Of a stretch of DNA of 64,000 nucleotides, positions 15,909 through 26,523 are shown in pieces. A model generated the notes under the pieces. It was not told the origin of the DNA. It saw nothing but the letters and a program-made list of their open reading frames with translations, and did not search any database. Positions within the stretch are counted from its first letter, which is position 1, and each line of letters begins with the position of its first letter. Source of the DNA: Bacteroidaceae bacterium (lineage in GTDB: Bacteria; Bacillota_I; Bacilli_A; RFN20; CAG-826); assembly GCA_963657885.1 (NCBI GenBank), contig CAVKNZ010000004.1:331-64330 (forward strand). The letters run 5' to 3'. Made by a program: the position numbers and the translations under genes.

Positions 15909-18231
15909 CTTCGTCCTCCTCATCGCTAGAAAAAACGACAAACTGTTTATTATTTCTAAAGCAAATATCGCGATAGGAACAATATTTGCAAGAGATGTTA
16001 TTGCCTTTATAGATTTTAGGATTAATCGGGAAATTATTAGCTAAGACGTTATAACCAACATCGAGCAAAAACTTTTCAGAAGCATCAACAAGTGAATCAA
16101 AGAATTCCTGATCATGAAGATGTTTTGCTGGCTTTGCTGGATATTTATCGATATCGGAGTTAACTAAAAATTTGAAATAAGGGCTACTTTGATTTATATC
16201 AAGCGATGTATCTAGTGAATTAAGTGCATCTTTATTTTTTAAATATTCGCCATGAATTTTTAAGCCAGCTTTATATTTATCATCGCTTACAAATTTATTT
16301 GCATCTTCTGCCAATATCTTTTCAATGAAGATGGCTATCAATTCTTTATCTTTAAAATGTGGATGTTTACTAAAAATATATGAATAAATCGGCAGTTGAA
16401 GCGATAAACCAAATTCTACGTCATCTTCTTTAAATGTTTCTGAACCGCTTTTATAGTCAAGGATGCTCACAAAGTTGTTGTCGGGTCCGCTATAGATAAG
16501 CTTATCAATGAAGCCAGTTAATTTGATGTTATCTGATACCCGAACTTCAAATCCTTCTTCCCGGAGAAATGTCCCATTTTCAATGTGACTTTCATATTCT
16601 TTAATAAAATCAAAAGTCTTATGCAAATCATCTTTAAGTTTTCTTAAGAATATCTTGTCGCGACTAGTGAATTGATTTTCATATTTGCTATAAGATTGTT
16701 CGTATATTTCTTCGAACGTCTGATTGGAATCAATATGTGAGAGAATATCGTGAGAAAAAGAGCCAAAAGTCATGTTGAAATTGGTTTCAAGTTCATCTAG
16801 ACGTAAAACGTAATCGAGATAATATTTATAACCGCAGTGAATGTAGCTAGAAAGACTGCTATAGCTAAGAGAAATAGTGTTTAAAGCAAAGTAATGGTTC
16901 ACGCCGTTAAATGAAGAATTGTATTCTTGATAAGGAATCATGAGCTTAGAAGCATAAGATTCAAGCAAAGGATGTTCATAGATAAATTTTCGCTTGATAT
17001 CGAGTAGATTGGCATATTCTAATCGCGCTTCTTTAAATGAATATATCGCGCTTAAGGAGGTATCATAATCTGCAACTTGCTTTAAGCGAATTGCTAAAGG
17101 AGAAGGCATCAATTTATTAGAATAATTCTTTTTTGGATAGCATAAGGTTATGTGACCTTTGCTAGAAAGATATAAAGCTAATTCTTCATTCGTGGCTACG
17201 TTGTTTTCTCCACTTGTGGGAATAGCTAATTTCTCCTTATCATAGTCATCAATAAAATCATCATCTTTTTCTAAAACCGGAATCATCCCTTGGGCATAGT
17301 TAACAATAAATAGATATTCATCTTCAGCAATGATAGGTTTAGAGATAACTTTGATAGCTTCTTTATAATAATCAGTTTTATATACAGTTTTATTCGCGGC
17401 TTCTATATAGACTTCTTTTTGTAAAGGCAAGGAAATACCTTCAATGAAATAGTCTTTAAAAAAGGAGACTAAATCATCATAGTTTTTATCATCTTTATCA
17501 ACTGATAATATCGCTTTATCTAAATCGCCATCAAAAGAAGAAATAGATTCTTTAACAAAGGGTAAATCTATTAAATGTTTCTTGTAGGCGCCATTTAAGT
17601 TGAAGTTATAGTTATTGTTAAGTCGATCAATGATAGCTTTATCATCATCGCTTAAACCATAAATAAATATCTTCTTAGCTTCAACACCAGAAGTAAGTAA
17701 TTGCTCAATTTTGTTATATACGTATATGAGTTGTTCGTCATTTGAGTCAAATATCTTGTAGTTTAATTTTTGAACTTCATCTTCGTGATAAGTCACTTCA
17801 TAGCCATTTAAGAATTTCTTTAGATATGGGTTTTTAACGGAATAGTAATAGACTTCAATATCTGCGTTACTTAACTCATAAGAAAATAGTTCGTTTTTAA
17901 TAAACAATTTCTTTTCAATAAGTTCATCTTTTAGATTAAAAAGTTCATCATAGCCTATGACACGTTTATCTGGAAGAAGAGATAGAACTTTTAAATAAGA
18001 AAGCGCAACATTTAAAGGCAAATTAAGTCTTTTGACGATGAACTTCACCGCATCTAAAGAATAAGAATAAGTTAAGCCAGTAACTAAATCATCTAAGGTT
18101 ATAAATTTAGTATCGTTAAAGAGGTCATCTTTTCGAAAAGAGGAAAACAAAATGCGATGAGCCTCGTATGGAGCAATAACAATTTTTCTTTTCACAAGCA
18201 AAAGTATATAGACACTTTTTTTCTTTTGCAA
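15898..18231 (-). CDS. addB: Helicase/nuclease subunit B (AddB/RexB type), compact form
   Basis: C-terminal nuclease motif GFIDKLIY...ILDYKSG and an Fe-S cysteine cluster (CKYCSYRDIC). No Walker A is visible. The start is uncertain: TTG at 18231 or GTG at 18195. Confidence 0.8.
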   Translation of the reverse strand: MQKKKSVYILLLVKRKIVIAPYEAHRILFSSFRKDDLFNDTKFITLDDLVTGLTYSYSLDAVKFIVKRLNLPLNVALSYLKVLSLLPDKRVIGYDELFNLKDELIEKKLFIKNELFSYELSNADIEVYYYSVKNPYLKKFLNGYEVTYHEDEVQKLNYKIFDSNDEQLIYVYNKIEQLLTSGVEAKKIFIYGLSDDDKAIIDRLNNNYNFNLNGAYKKHLIDLPFVKESISSFDGDLDKAILSVDKDDKNYDDLVSFFKDYFIEGISLPLQKEVYIEAANKTVYKTDYYKEAIKVISKPIIAEDEYLFIVNYAQGMIPVLEKDDDFIDDYDKEKLAIPTSGENNVATNEELALYLSSKGHITLCYPKKNYSNKLMPSPLAIRLKQVADYDTSLSAIYSFKEARLEYANLLDIKRKFIYEHPLLESYASKLMIPYQEYNSSFNGVNHYFALNTISLSYSSLSSYIHCGYKYYLDYVLRLDELETNFNMTFGSFSHDILSHIDSNQTFEEIYEQSYSKYENQFTSRDKIFLRKLKDDLHKTFDFIKEYESHIENGTFLREEGFEVRVSDNIKLTGFIDKLIYSGPDNNFVSILDYKSGSETFKEDDVEFGLSLQLPIYSYIFSKHPHFKDKELIAIFIEKILAEDANKFVSDDKYKAGLKIHGEYLKNKDALNSLDTSLDINQSSPYFKFLVNSDIDKYPAKPAKHLHDQEFFDSLVDASEKFLLDVGYNVLANNFPINPKIYKGNNISCKYCSYRDICFRNNKQFVVFSSDEEDEDGD

Positions 18232-18271
18232 ATAGAAACTAAAATAAAGAGAATATATTCTCTTTAATTTA

Positions 18272-21019
18272 TTAATCGTTACTTCTCAAGGCGATAACTG
18301 GGTCTTTGTGAGCTGCGGCGCTTGCAGGAATAAGCCCACTTATAAGTGTTAATAGAATAGAAATGACTAAAACAAGTAAGGCATAATGCCATGGCAAAAT
18401 CATCAAAGTTCCCACTTTAGCAAAGCTATTGATGATGATGTTAACTATCCCGCAGAGAATATAGGTGACCGCTAAACCGAAGACACCGCTACTCGCGCCG
18501 ATAATGAAGGTTTCAACATTGAAGAGGTTAGAGACATCGATCTTTCTACCACCAAGCGAACGGATGATGCCAATTTCTTTGATGCGTTCAATGACAGATA
18601 CGTAAGTGATAATACCAATCATAACTGTTGAAACAACAAGAGAAAGAGAAGTGAAACAAATCAAAGCGATGGTAACAATTTCAATCATCGTATTGATTAA
18701 ATTGATGACAACTTCTAAATTGTCGGTATATTTGATTTCGTTTCTATCGCTAGCTTTTATGATTTTGTTGTCTATAGTTAAATCAATATCTTCATTCCAC
18801 TGATCTAAATAATTAGTTACATAGTGCTTATCATTAAAAGATAAAGGATAGATAGATATATCGTTACTAAGTGAATTTCCTCCAACTGAACGGACCGCTT
18901 TTTCAAACTGCGATTCAATGGAATATTGATCGCCAAACATCTCTTTGATGACATCACTAAAAGCGCCAAAACCAGATGAACCACCACTTAAATTGAAAAC
19001 AGTTAAAGCGTATGACGCCGTTGTTTTTTCATTTCCTCGATAAGAATATTTATAAGAATAAGGCACGATGAATTTGTAATTATCTTTCGTGCTGATAGAG
19101 CTATCTTCTGAACTATCAGGAAGCGATTCATAATAAGCTTGTTCTTCTTCTAAAGCTTTATTTATCTTTGAATCTTTGGCATCTTCTAAAACCATTTGTT
19201 CAAATTTAGGTGAGAGGATGAAACCAGTTTTAAGCGAACCATATTCCACGTTATCTTTAGCACGTAAAACAGCGGTTATCTTCATCTCTTTACCATTAGC
19301 TAAAGTTTTGCCGTTTTCTAGTTCACCAGTGTATGTGTATGGCGCGCGAATTTTATTAGCTTCATAAATCGCTTTCGCTGGATTTTCTTGATAGATGGAA
19401 TCGTTTGGATAATAGATGAATTTTTTGCTAGTTAGTTCATCATAGCTAAATTCAGTTTTACTAAGTTCAAGATCTTGATGATTGTCCGCATCGGCGTATT
19501 TATCGATGATATCGACAAATTCATCTTCGCTAAGATAGCCAACTTGACCTAAGAAGATATCTGTTAAAGCGCTGTCTTTAGAAACAACAATCATCATTTC
19601 ATTTTCTTCTTTAGCAATGTAGCCATCTTCATTGAGGATGTCGTATTGATTTAATAGATAATCTTCGCTATCAGGCATCGAATAGAAAACGTTGGTGAAC
19701 ATCGAAATCATCGAAGCAAATTTACCAAAAGGAGTCTCTTCGATAATTGAGGTATACATCTTTTCTACTTCCTCTAGTGATACTGTATCAACTTTGCCTT
19801 TAGGTTCAGTAAACGAGAAATTAGTGTAGAGATTAAGTTTAGGATTAATGCCGTATTCTTTCTTGATCGCAGAATAGTATTCTTTTGGCATTTCATCGAT
19901 ATATTTAACGTAATCTTCGGTGATGGTGTTTTTAATAGAATAGCCACTTAAATTGTTTTGTTGTTCAACAAGATATTCAATCATATATTGAATGTTGATG
20001 ACTCCAGTCTCTTTATCAGTTGCATTGCTAATTGAGCCACGAATTTGCGAATCGCTACTGGCTTTAAGAAGAGCGCTTAAATCTAGTCCAGTTTGAGTGA
20101 TTTCCACGGGGTTACCAGAAAGCATATCATCTTGCATGTTGGCGATGTAACTTTTAACGCCATAACTAACACCTAAAACCGCGGATATGCCGATGATACC
20201 GATAGATCCGGCAACAACCACCAAGGCGGTACGTTTAAATTTAGCCCATAAATTTTTGCTAGATAGTGAAAAAGCCGTGAACCAACTCATCTTCGATTTC
20301 TTTTTATAGCCTTGTTCCACTACTTCGGTTTTATCATCTTTTGTATATGGCTTTGAGTCGCTAGTGAGAAGTCCATCTTTCATGGTAATAATTCTCGTAG
20401 AATATTTTTTAGCTAAATCCGGATTATGAGTAACCATGATGACAAGTCTATCTTTAGCGACTTCTTGAAGAAGTTCCATGATTTGAATTGATGTTTCGCT
20501 ATCAAGCGCGCCGGTAGGTTCATCCGCTAAAAGGATTTCCGGATCGTTTACTAAAGCACGAGCGATGGCCACTCTTTGCATCTGTCCGCCAGAAAGTTGA
20601 TTCGGTTTTTTCTTAGCGATATCAGCTAAACCAACTGCTTCAAGAGCTTTTAATGCTTTCGCACTTCGATCTTTTTTAGGAAGTCCGCCGATAGTTAAAG
20701 CTAATTCGACATTACCTAAAATAGTTAAGTGAGAGATGAGATTATACGATTGGAAGACAAAACCGATGGAATGGTTTCTATAAGTGTCCCAATCTCTATC
20801 AGTGAAGTTTTTTGTCGATACATTTTTGATGATCAAATCACCGCTAGAATATCTATCTAATCCGCCGATGATATTTAATAAAGTTGTCTTTCCACATCCC
20901 GATGGACCAAGAATGGAAACGAATTCATTTTTTCTAAAAGAAACATTGATTCCTTTTAAGGCGTGCGTCACTAAAGAAGCACTCAAATAATCTTTTTTAA
21001 TGTCTACTAATTTAAGCAT
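18272..21019 (-). CDS. Fused ABC transporter: MacB/LolD-type ATPase + FtsX-type permease with very large extracytoplasmic domain
   Basis: Start at ATG 21019 (MLKLVDIKKDY) with GAGGGA upstream. Walker A GPSGCGKTT, signature LSGGQMQR, Walker B LLADEPTGALD. A TM helix follows at about aa 265-290, then about 480 aa of soluble sequence, then a C-terminal FtsX-like TM bundle. Confidence 0.85.
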   Translation of the reverse strand: MLKLVDIKKDYLSASLVTHALKGINVSFRKNEFVSILGPSGCGKTTLLNIIGGLDRYSSGDLIIKNVSTKNFTDRDWDTYRNHSIGFVFQSYNLISHLTILGNVELALTIGGLPKKDRSAKALKALEAVGLADIAKKKPNQLSGGQMQRVAIARALVNDPEILLADEPTGALDSETSIQIMELLQEVAKDRLVIMVTHNPDLAKKYSTRIITMKDGLLTSDSKPYTKDDKTEVVEQGYKKKSKMSWFTAFSLSSKNLWAKFKRTALVVVAGSIGIIGISAVLGVSYGVKSYIANMQDDMLSGNPVEITQTGLDLSALLKASSDSQIRGSISNATDKETGVINIQYMIEYLVEQQNNLSGYSIKNTITEDYVKYIDEMPKEYYSAIKKEYGINPKLNLYTNFSFTEPKGKVDTVSLEEVEKMYTSIIEETPFGKFASMISMFTNVFYSMPDSEDYLLNQYDILNEDGYIAKEENEMMIVVSKDSALTDIFLGQVGYLSEDEFVDIIDKYADADNHQDLELSKTEFSYDELTSKKFIYYPNDSIYQENPAKAIYEANKIRAPYTYTGELENGKTLANGKEMKITAVLRAKDNVEYGSLKTGFILSPKFEQMVLEDAKDSKINKALEEEQAYYESLPDSSEDSSISTKDNYKFIVPYSYKYSYRGNEKTTASYALTVFNLSGGSSGFGAFSDVIKEMFGDQYSIESQFEKAVRSVGGNSLSNDISIYPLSFNDKHYVTNYLDQWNEDIDLTIDNKIIKASDRNEIKYTDNLEVVINLINTMIEIVTIALICFTSLSLVVSTVMIGIITYVSVIERIKEIGIIRSLGGRKIDVSNLFNVETFIIGASSGVFGLAVTYILCGIVNIIINSFAKVGTLMILPWHYALLVLVISILLTLISGLIPASAAAHKDPVIALRSND

Positions 21020-21092
21020 AAAAAATTCCCTCAACTTTTTAACAAAGAAATTATAAAGAAAATGATTTTCTCTTCAACTATAAATTTACAAT

Positions 21093-21857
21093 TTAGTCTA
21101 AGAAATTTTCAACTATAAATTTTGCTGCTCCATCATCATTGCAATTTGAAGCAACATATTTAGCAACATCTAATACTTCCTTCTTGCTATTTTCCATAGC
21201 TACGCCGACGCCGACATGCTCGATAACTTCAATGTCACCATAATCATCGCCAAAATAGCAAACTTCATCTAATTTTCCATGAACTATATTTAAGAATTTT
21301 TCTAAACCAGTTAGTTTATTGTTTCCTTTTTTAGATAATCTATGCCATCCAGAATTAAGATAGTTTTGATGCTCAAGATTATATTTATTTGCTATTTCAT
21401 CGACAAATTTATTATCTAAAGAGAAGCAAAGTATTTTATAAGCGTCCTCGCTTAGTCCATCATTAAAATTAGTCCATATCGCATTCTGTGCTTTATATTC
21501 TTTATCCGAGGCGTAGAAGTTATCTTTTCCTTGAACAGAGATTTTCTCCATCACCTTATTTAAATATTTAGTTATTGTCTGAGCGTCTTTTTTATCGATA
21601 AAAGAAGCATACAAAATATTGCCATCTGTATCAGAGATTTCACAGCCTCCGTTATAAATGCCATATTGAGGATGAACTAAATCAATGTATCTTTGCGAAT
21701 TTTGTCGACTTCTCGAAGTGTTAAAAACAATAACGTATCCGCTTTTTTTAGCCTTTTCTAGCACTTCAACAGTAAAAGAAGAGATAGTTCGATCTTTTCT
21801 AAGAAGTGAATCATCTAAGTCAAAGACTAGATATTTGATATTTTTAAATTTATTCAT
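21093..21857 (-). CDS. Cof-type HAD-IIB phosphatase
   Basis: DxD motif (LVFDLDDSLL) and a C-terminal GDDYGDIEVIEHVGVGVAMENS. Confidence 0.85.
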   Translation of the reverse strand: MNKFKNIKYLVFDLDDSLLRKDRTISSFTVEVLEKAKKSGYVIVFNTSRSRQNSQRYIDLVHPQYGIYNGGCEISDTDGNILYASFIDKKDAQTITKYLNKVMEKISVQGKDNFYASDKEYKAQNAIWTNFNDGLSEDAYKILCFSLDNKFVDEIANKYNLEHQNYLNSGWHRLSKKGNNKLTGLEKFLNIVHGKLDEVCYFGDDYGDIEVIEHVGVGVAMENSKKEVLDVAKYVASNCNDDGAAKFIVENFLD

Positions 21858-21891
21858 GACTAGATTTTAGCAAACCTAGCAAAAAATGAAA

Positions 21892-22158
21892 TCATTTAGC
21901 AACCGATTGATAGCAAGCTATGCAGATGATGATTATTAAAGCAATAGCAAGCAAGGCTAATGAGGAGAAGACAATAATTTTAGTAATTTGCTTCTTACTA
22001 TCTTTTTGCCTTTGGATAGCTAACTTTCTCGCGTATTCAGTTTCTTCTTTTAGATATAATTCTTTTTCAGATACGCTCATCATCGACCATTCTTTTTTAG
22101 ATGAATGATGCGTGAAAGGATTGAAAGATTTAGTTGATGAGTGATGACCTCTTGGCAT
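21892..22158 (-). CDS. Small tail-anchored membrane protein
   Basis: 88 aa with a His/Ser-rich N-terminus and one C-terminal TM helix. It lies 14 nt downstream of the XRE-membrane gene. Confidence 0.5.
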   Translation of the reverse strand: MPRGHHSSTKSFNPFTHHSSKKEWSMMSVSEKELYLKEETEYARKLAIQRQKDSKKQITKIIVFSSLALLAIALIIIICIACYQSVAK

Positions 22159-22172
22159 AAATATAACCTCCT

Positions 22173-23060
22173 TTAGGCAATGCGTTTCATTTCTTTAGGG
22201 AAAATAAACGGAAATGAAAATATGGAAAATAAGGCACTTACGCTTACGGCAAGCAAAAAGACAAAGACGCTTAACATAAAGCCTAGAATTGCAAATAAAA
22301 TCTTCATAGCGATTAACCATGCAATTCCTTCAAAATCCATGGTAAAAATAAGCCCTGGCAGGCGAATTGACCAGCTAGCAATCGATTCAAATATCTCGCC
22401 GATATATGAATAAGAGAAAATACAAAATATCGTGGCAAATATCGTATATGAGGAAAATATAGGTGCGACAATTGCTACAGTTATTCCAATCGCGAGATTA
22501 TCTTTATTGAAGTAAACAATAGATAAAACTAAAGCGATTATGAATGCGACAATCGCTCCGATGATTGAAAAGGTTAATAAAGTCTTCTTCTCTAAAGTGA
22601 CTTTTGCTTCAGTGCTAGAAGATTTCATTCTCTTAGCTAATTCATCTCTTTTACGGTCTAGTTCTTTGTGTCTAGCTAGACAACTGCTACAAATGGATAC
22701 GTTTTCCACTATTCCAGGGGCTGTATTTCTAGATATGTTATGTAGATCATCGTGATCTTTAATTTCTTTTCCACATTCTACACATTTAGCTAATGTAGGA
22801 AGATTAACTACTGGATCTACATTTTCTTTATTATCTTCTTTAGTTTCTTCATCTTCATTTTTATCGCTAAAAAGATAATCGATGCTGCAATTAAATAGTT
22901 GAGCTAATTTTTTAATTGTTTGTAAGTCAGGTTCATTAGTATCATTTTCGTATTTGCTGATAGTTTGAAACGATACATTTAACTTTTCCGCTAAATCCTT
23001 TTGAGTTAAATTAGCCTCAGTTCGAAGTTTTTTAATCTTTTCTCCAAATGTCATTTTCAT
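22173..23060 (-). CDS. Membrane-bound XRE-family regulator (HTH + zinc ribbon + 4 TM segments)
   Basis: HTH LRTEANLTQKDLAEKLNVSFQTISKYENDTNEP, CxxC...CxxC (CVECGKE...CSSC), and a hydrophobic C-terminal half. Confidence 0.75.
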   Translation of the reverse strand: MKMTFGEKIKKLRTEANLTQKDLAEKLNVSFQTISKYENDTNEPDLQTIKKLAQLFNCSIDYLFSDKNEDEETKEDNKENVDPVVNLPTLAKCVECGKEIKDHDDLHNISRNTAPGIVENVSICSSCLARHKELDRKRDELAKRMKSSSTEAKVTLEKKTLLTFSIIGAIVAFIIALVLSIVYFNKDNLAIGITVAIVAPIFSSYTIFATIFCIFSYSYIGEIFESIASWSIRLPGLIFTMDFEGIAWLIAMKILFAILGFMLSVFVFLLAVSVSALFSIFSFPFIFPKEMKRIA

Positions 23061-23178
23061 CTACCTCGTATATCACTAGAGTTATTATTTCATCTTTTCG
23101 GCGAATTTTTAAATAACCGAAAAGGCGAATTTTATCACTGTTTTGGCGAGCGTATAAAACTTCGATACCATCGTAGCT

Positions 23179-23697
23179 TTAAATCTTAATAACGTAATTA
23201 GCTTTAATAGGATGGGCTACGCCATCTACTTTTGGATAACCTAAAGCGATGGAGCCAACACCTCTAAGCGATGTATTTAAGCCCCACTTTTCTAATAATT
23301 CTTTGCCTTTAGGCGAATCAAACATCTCTTTTTCGCGATGCACCCAAACTGAACCTAGTCCTAATGAATGAGCGGCAAGCATCATATTTCCTAATACAAG
23401 CGATCCATCTTCAACATAAGTATTAATGGAAGGGTCCGCTAAAACAAGGATGATAACTGGAGCTCCATAATAAGGATCAATATCGCGCTTCATCACTTCT
23501 GCATTTATTTTAGAAATTAAGTCTCTTGTTTCTTTATCTTTAATTACGACAATAGTCGCTGATTGGCGAGACATTCCACTTGGCGCGTAAGTTCCAGCTT
23601 CTGTGACTTTATCGATAAGTTCATCGCTAACAGGCTTATCTAAATAAGAGCGAATACTTCTTCTAGTTTTAATATTTTTGATTACTTCGTTATCCAT
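23179..23697 (-). CDS. Nitroreductase-family protein
   Basis: IKTRRSIRSY N-terminal motif and typical length (172 aa). Confidence 0.85.
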   Translation of the reverse strand: MDNEVIKNIKTRRSIRSYLDKPVSDELIDKVTEAGTYAPSGMSRQSATIVVIKDKETRDLISKINAEVMKRDIDPYYGAPVIILVLADPSINTYVEDGSLVLGNMMLAAHSLGLGSVWVHREKEMFDSPKGKELLEKWGLNTSLRGVGSIALGYPKVDGVAHPIKANYVIKI

Positions 23698-23770
23698 AAA
23701 ATAACGCCTCCGTTAATTAAATTATATATAAATAAGGAAAATCGAACTAATAAATAGAAAAGAAAAACAA

Positions 23771-24427
23771 TTATTTAATTCCAGTTAGCTTTAAGAAATA
23801 ATCTTGAATTAAATTAAAAGCCAAAGCTAGATGATAACCATCGACAAAACAATGATTAACTGTGATATTTAAATTCATGATAATCTTATCGTTTTCTACG
23901 CGGTATTTGTCCCAACAAATTCTTGGACATGATAGCGATTCATAATCGTTATCAATTAAAGGATGAGACATGCTTTCAAGAGACAGCCAAGGAATGCATG
24001 TAATATAAAATTCATTAAAAAGTTTCGATGAATTAAACTCTTCTTTAACAGATGTATGCTTCTTAACTTCTTCAATTAATGTGTGCGCCTTCTTATAAAA
24101 AGAGACATAATCAAAACACATTTCAAAATCAACATTTTCAAAAATACCAGAAGAGGTCATAACAATAAAACTAGGATTAATTTTATCGTATAGCCTTATT
24201 TCATTATTTACTTCCCGCATTCTAAATTTATCAATTCTATTTAAAGCCGATGTCAATAAATACAAGGTATTAATGAAAAAACTTTGTTTATTATCTTTAC
24301 TATATTTAACAAGATTTGTTACATCCATTTTCACATTAAAGCTATAACATGGATTAGAAAAAGTTCTAAACCACTTATATTGCTTTATGTTTTTTAAATC
24401 CTCAATTTTGATGACTTCGTATTTCAT
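23771..24427 (-). CDS. cat: Chloramphenicol O-acetyltransferase-like (type A CAT family)
   Basis: 218 aa. The catalytic-region motif ITVNHCFVDGYHLALAF aligns with the CAT consensus HHAVCDG[FY]H, with the catalytic His retained. Confidence 0.65.
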   Translation of the reverse strand: MKYEVIKIEDLKNIKQYKWFRTFSNPCYSFNVKMDVTNLVKYSKDNKQSFFINTLYLLTSALNRIDKFRMREVNNEIRLYDKINPSFIVMTSSGIFENVDFEMCFDYVSFYKKAHTLIEEVKKHTSVKEEFNSSKLFNEFYITCIPWLSLESMSHPLIDNDYESLSCPRICWDKYRVENDKIIMNLNITVNHCFVDGYHLALAFNLIQDYFLKLTGIK

Positions 24428-24444
24428 AGATATAAATTATAGAC

Positions 24445-25041
24445 TTAATTTTTAGCTTCAACTTTATCAACAGGATTCAGCCTGTTCCAAGGGAAACCGA
24501 AATCCCGTCTTTTAATTTTACACATCGGCTCGCCATCTTTCCAAAAGACAATGCCTTCAATGTAATGGTCTTGTAGATATTTTTTTATGCCTTCAAAGCT
24601 TCTTTCAACTTCAACAACTTCTTCACCATGCCTAACAAGAATATCTTTTTCTAAACCATAAGGATTTCGCTGAAAATGAGGACCAATAACTTCGTAGGTA
24701 CCATCTTTTAAAGAACTAGATCCTGAATTTAAATAGGCTTGATAATACCATTGATCGCCTTTATCAGTAGAACTAACCTTTACCCAATGTGGCCAATGTC
24801 CGGTAATAGGATCAGGTTCGCAACAAGGTATAGCCCCCTCAGGAGGTTTCTTCCCTTGCTTAGCGTCATATCGTTTATAAAAAACTCCATTTATAATCGC
24901 GGTGCAACTGCCATCAATTTTAACAGTAGCAACGCCTTCACCTTTTAAAACCCATTCCATGCCAGGCGTTACTGTTTCTTTTAAAATAAAATCATGATTA
25001 TTTAAAAATTCTCTTTCAAATAGTGTTGGTATTTTCTTCAT
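24445..25041 (-). CDS. Small stand-alone nucleotidyltransferase of the RNA/DNA-ligase superfamily
   Basis: KxDG adenylation motif in GVATVKIDGSCTAI, and a conserved C-terminus EGIVFW...KIKRRDFG. Confidence 0.6.
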   Translation of the reverse strand: MKKIPTLFEREFLNNHDFILKETVTPGMEWVLKGEGVATVKIDGSCTAIINGVFYKRYDAKQGKKPPEGAIPCCEPDPITGHWPHWVKVSSTDKGDQWYYQAYLNSGSSSLKDGTYEVIGPHFQRNPYGLEKDILVRHGEEVVEVERSFEGIKKYLQDHYIEGIVFWKDGEPMCKIKRRDFGFPWNRLNPVDKVEAKN

Positions 25042-25187
25042 TTTTGTGCCTCCTTGTTTTGTTTATTTTATAATAAACAAAACTTCTTTTCAAAGACTGA
25101 TACATAAAATCATGATATAAACAGTCCTTTTAGTTGATGCAAATGTCTAAAGAACTTTTATTATTTAAAGTAATTTTATATAAATAA

Positions 25188-26466
25188 TTAATCCTTTAAA
25201 CAACCAATAGGAATAACGAGGACCCCATCATCTCTTCTATATCCGTATTCAGTCGCAGTTATAACTATTTTTAAATCAGGTAAACGTAAAGGAACCTGTT
25301 TTTCTTCTTTATTACGTTCTTTAATCAAATTTTCTATTTGACATAAATGCTTTGCACCCATATCAATATCATGTTGCCCAAGTTTAATATCGATAAGCGC
25401 ATATCTTCCATCATCTAAATGCAATACGGCATCGGCTTCTAAACCGAATCTATCTCGATAATAAGAAAGATATCCATCATGTTCAGATGAATAAATTTTT
25501 AAATCTCTAATAACCAAAGATTCAAATAAAAAGCCTAGTGTTTTGTAGTCGCTTTGAAAATAATCTGGTGAAATACCTAAAGCTGCTGTAGCTATTGATG
25601 GGTCAATAAGATTCTTTTTTTGGTGACGATCTAATCGCAGTTTTTGATCTAACAGAAGGGCACCACGCAGGCACATCTTCTATAATAAATAAATCTTCTA
25701 GAGCGTGAATGTAATCATAAAAAGTTTGTTTGGAAACAGGGAAAGTAGACGAAACATCATCATAAATGGTTTTTATATTCGCGTTGGTGCAAATATTTCT
25801 CGAATAGGATTTTAAAATTGCCTTAGCTAATAAGGGGTTTCTCTTAATTCCATCGATATTTGAAATGTCAACTTCACAAGTTTGATTAAATATTTCTTTA
25901 GCAATTTGTAAACTCACTTTTTCATCAGAAATATTAATACTTCTAGGCCAGCCACCTCTGCAAATAACGTATTTTATATCATCATATTTTAAATCAGACA
26001 CACAGACATCAAAGGGAGAACCATTAAATAAGTCAATCAACGAAACTGTTCCATTGCTATCGCCACTTTCGTATAAACTCATCGGATACATTTTTAAAGT
26101 TGATATTCTAAGTGTTCCAGTGTGTGGCGTTTTAACCTTTTGTGATGAGGACCCCGTCAATATATAAGCTCCAACTAAGCTGTTATCATCGATATCTTTT
26201 CGAATAGCTCCCCAAATTTTAGGGGCATCTTGCCATTCATCGAACAAAATAGGTTTCTTGCCTTTCAATAAATCGGATGGGTGATTATTTGCGATTAACA
26301 AAAGATTTTCTCTTTCATCTTCATTTTGAAAATCGATGATAGAATTGCATTTTTGCTTTGCTGTTGTTGTTTTTCCAACACCTTTTGGTCCAGTAATAAG
26401 AACACCACCAAGTGCTTTCATCCTAATGTTAAATTGTTCATCAATAATTCTTTTTTTGTATTCCAT
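25188..26466 (-). pseudogene. AAA ATPase (AAA_14 + DUF4143 type), frameshifted in an A7 run
   Basis: Two overlapping ORFs (25603..26466 and 25188..25676). The Walker A motif is ITGPKGVGKTT. Removing one A from the A7 run (plus-strand T7 at 25615-25621) gives a continuous ...RSSPKKNLIDPSIATAALG.... Confidence 0.8.
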
Positions 26467-26523
26467 AGCGTATCTCTATTTACATTAATTTTGTCAAATT
26501 TTATCTGATAATCAACAAACAAG

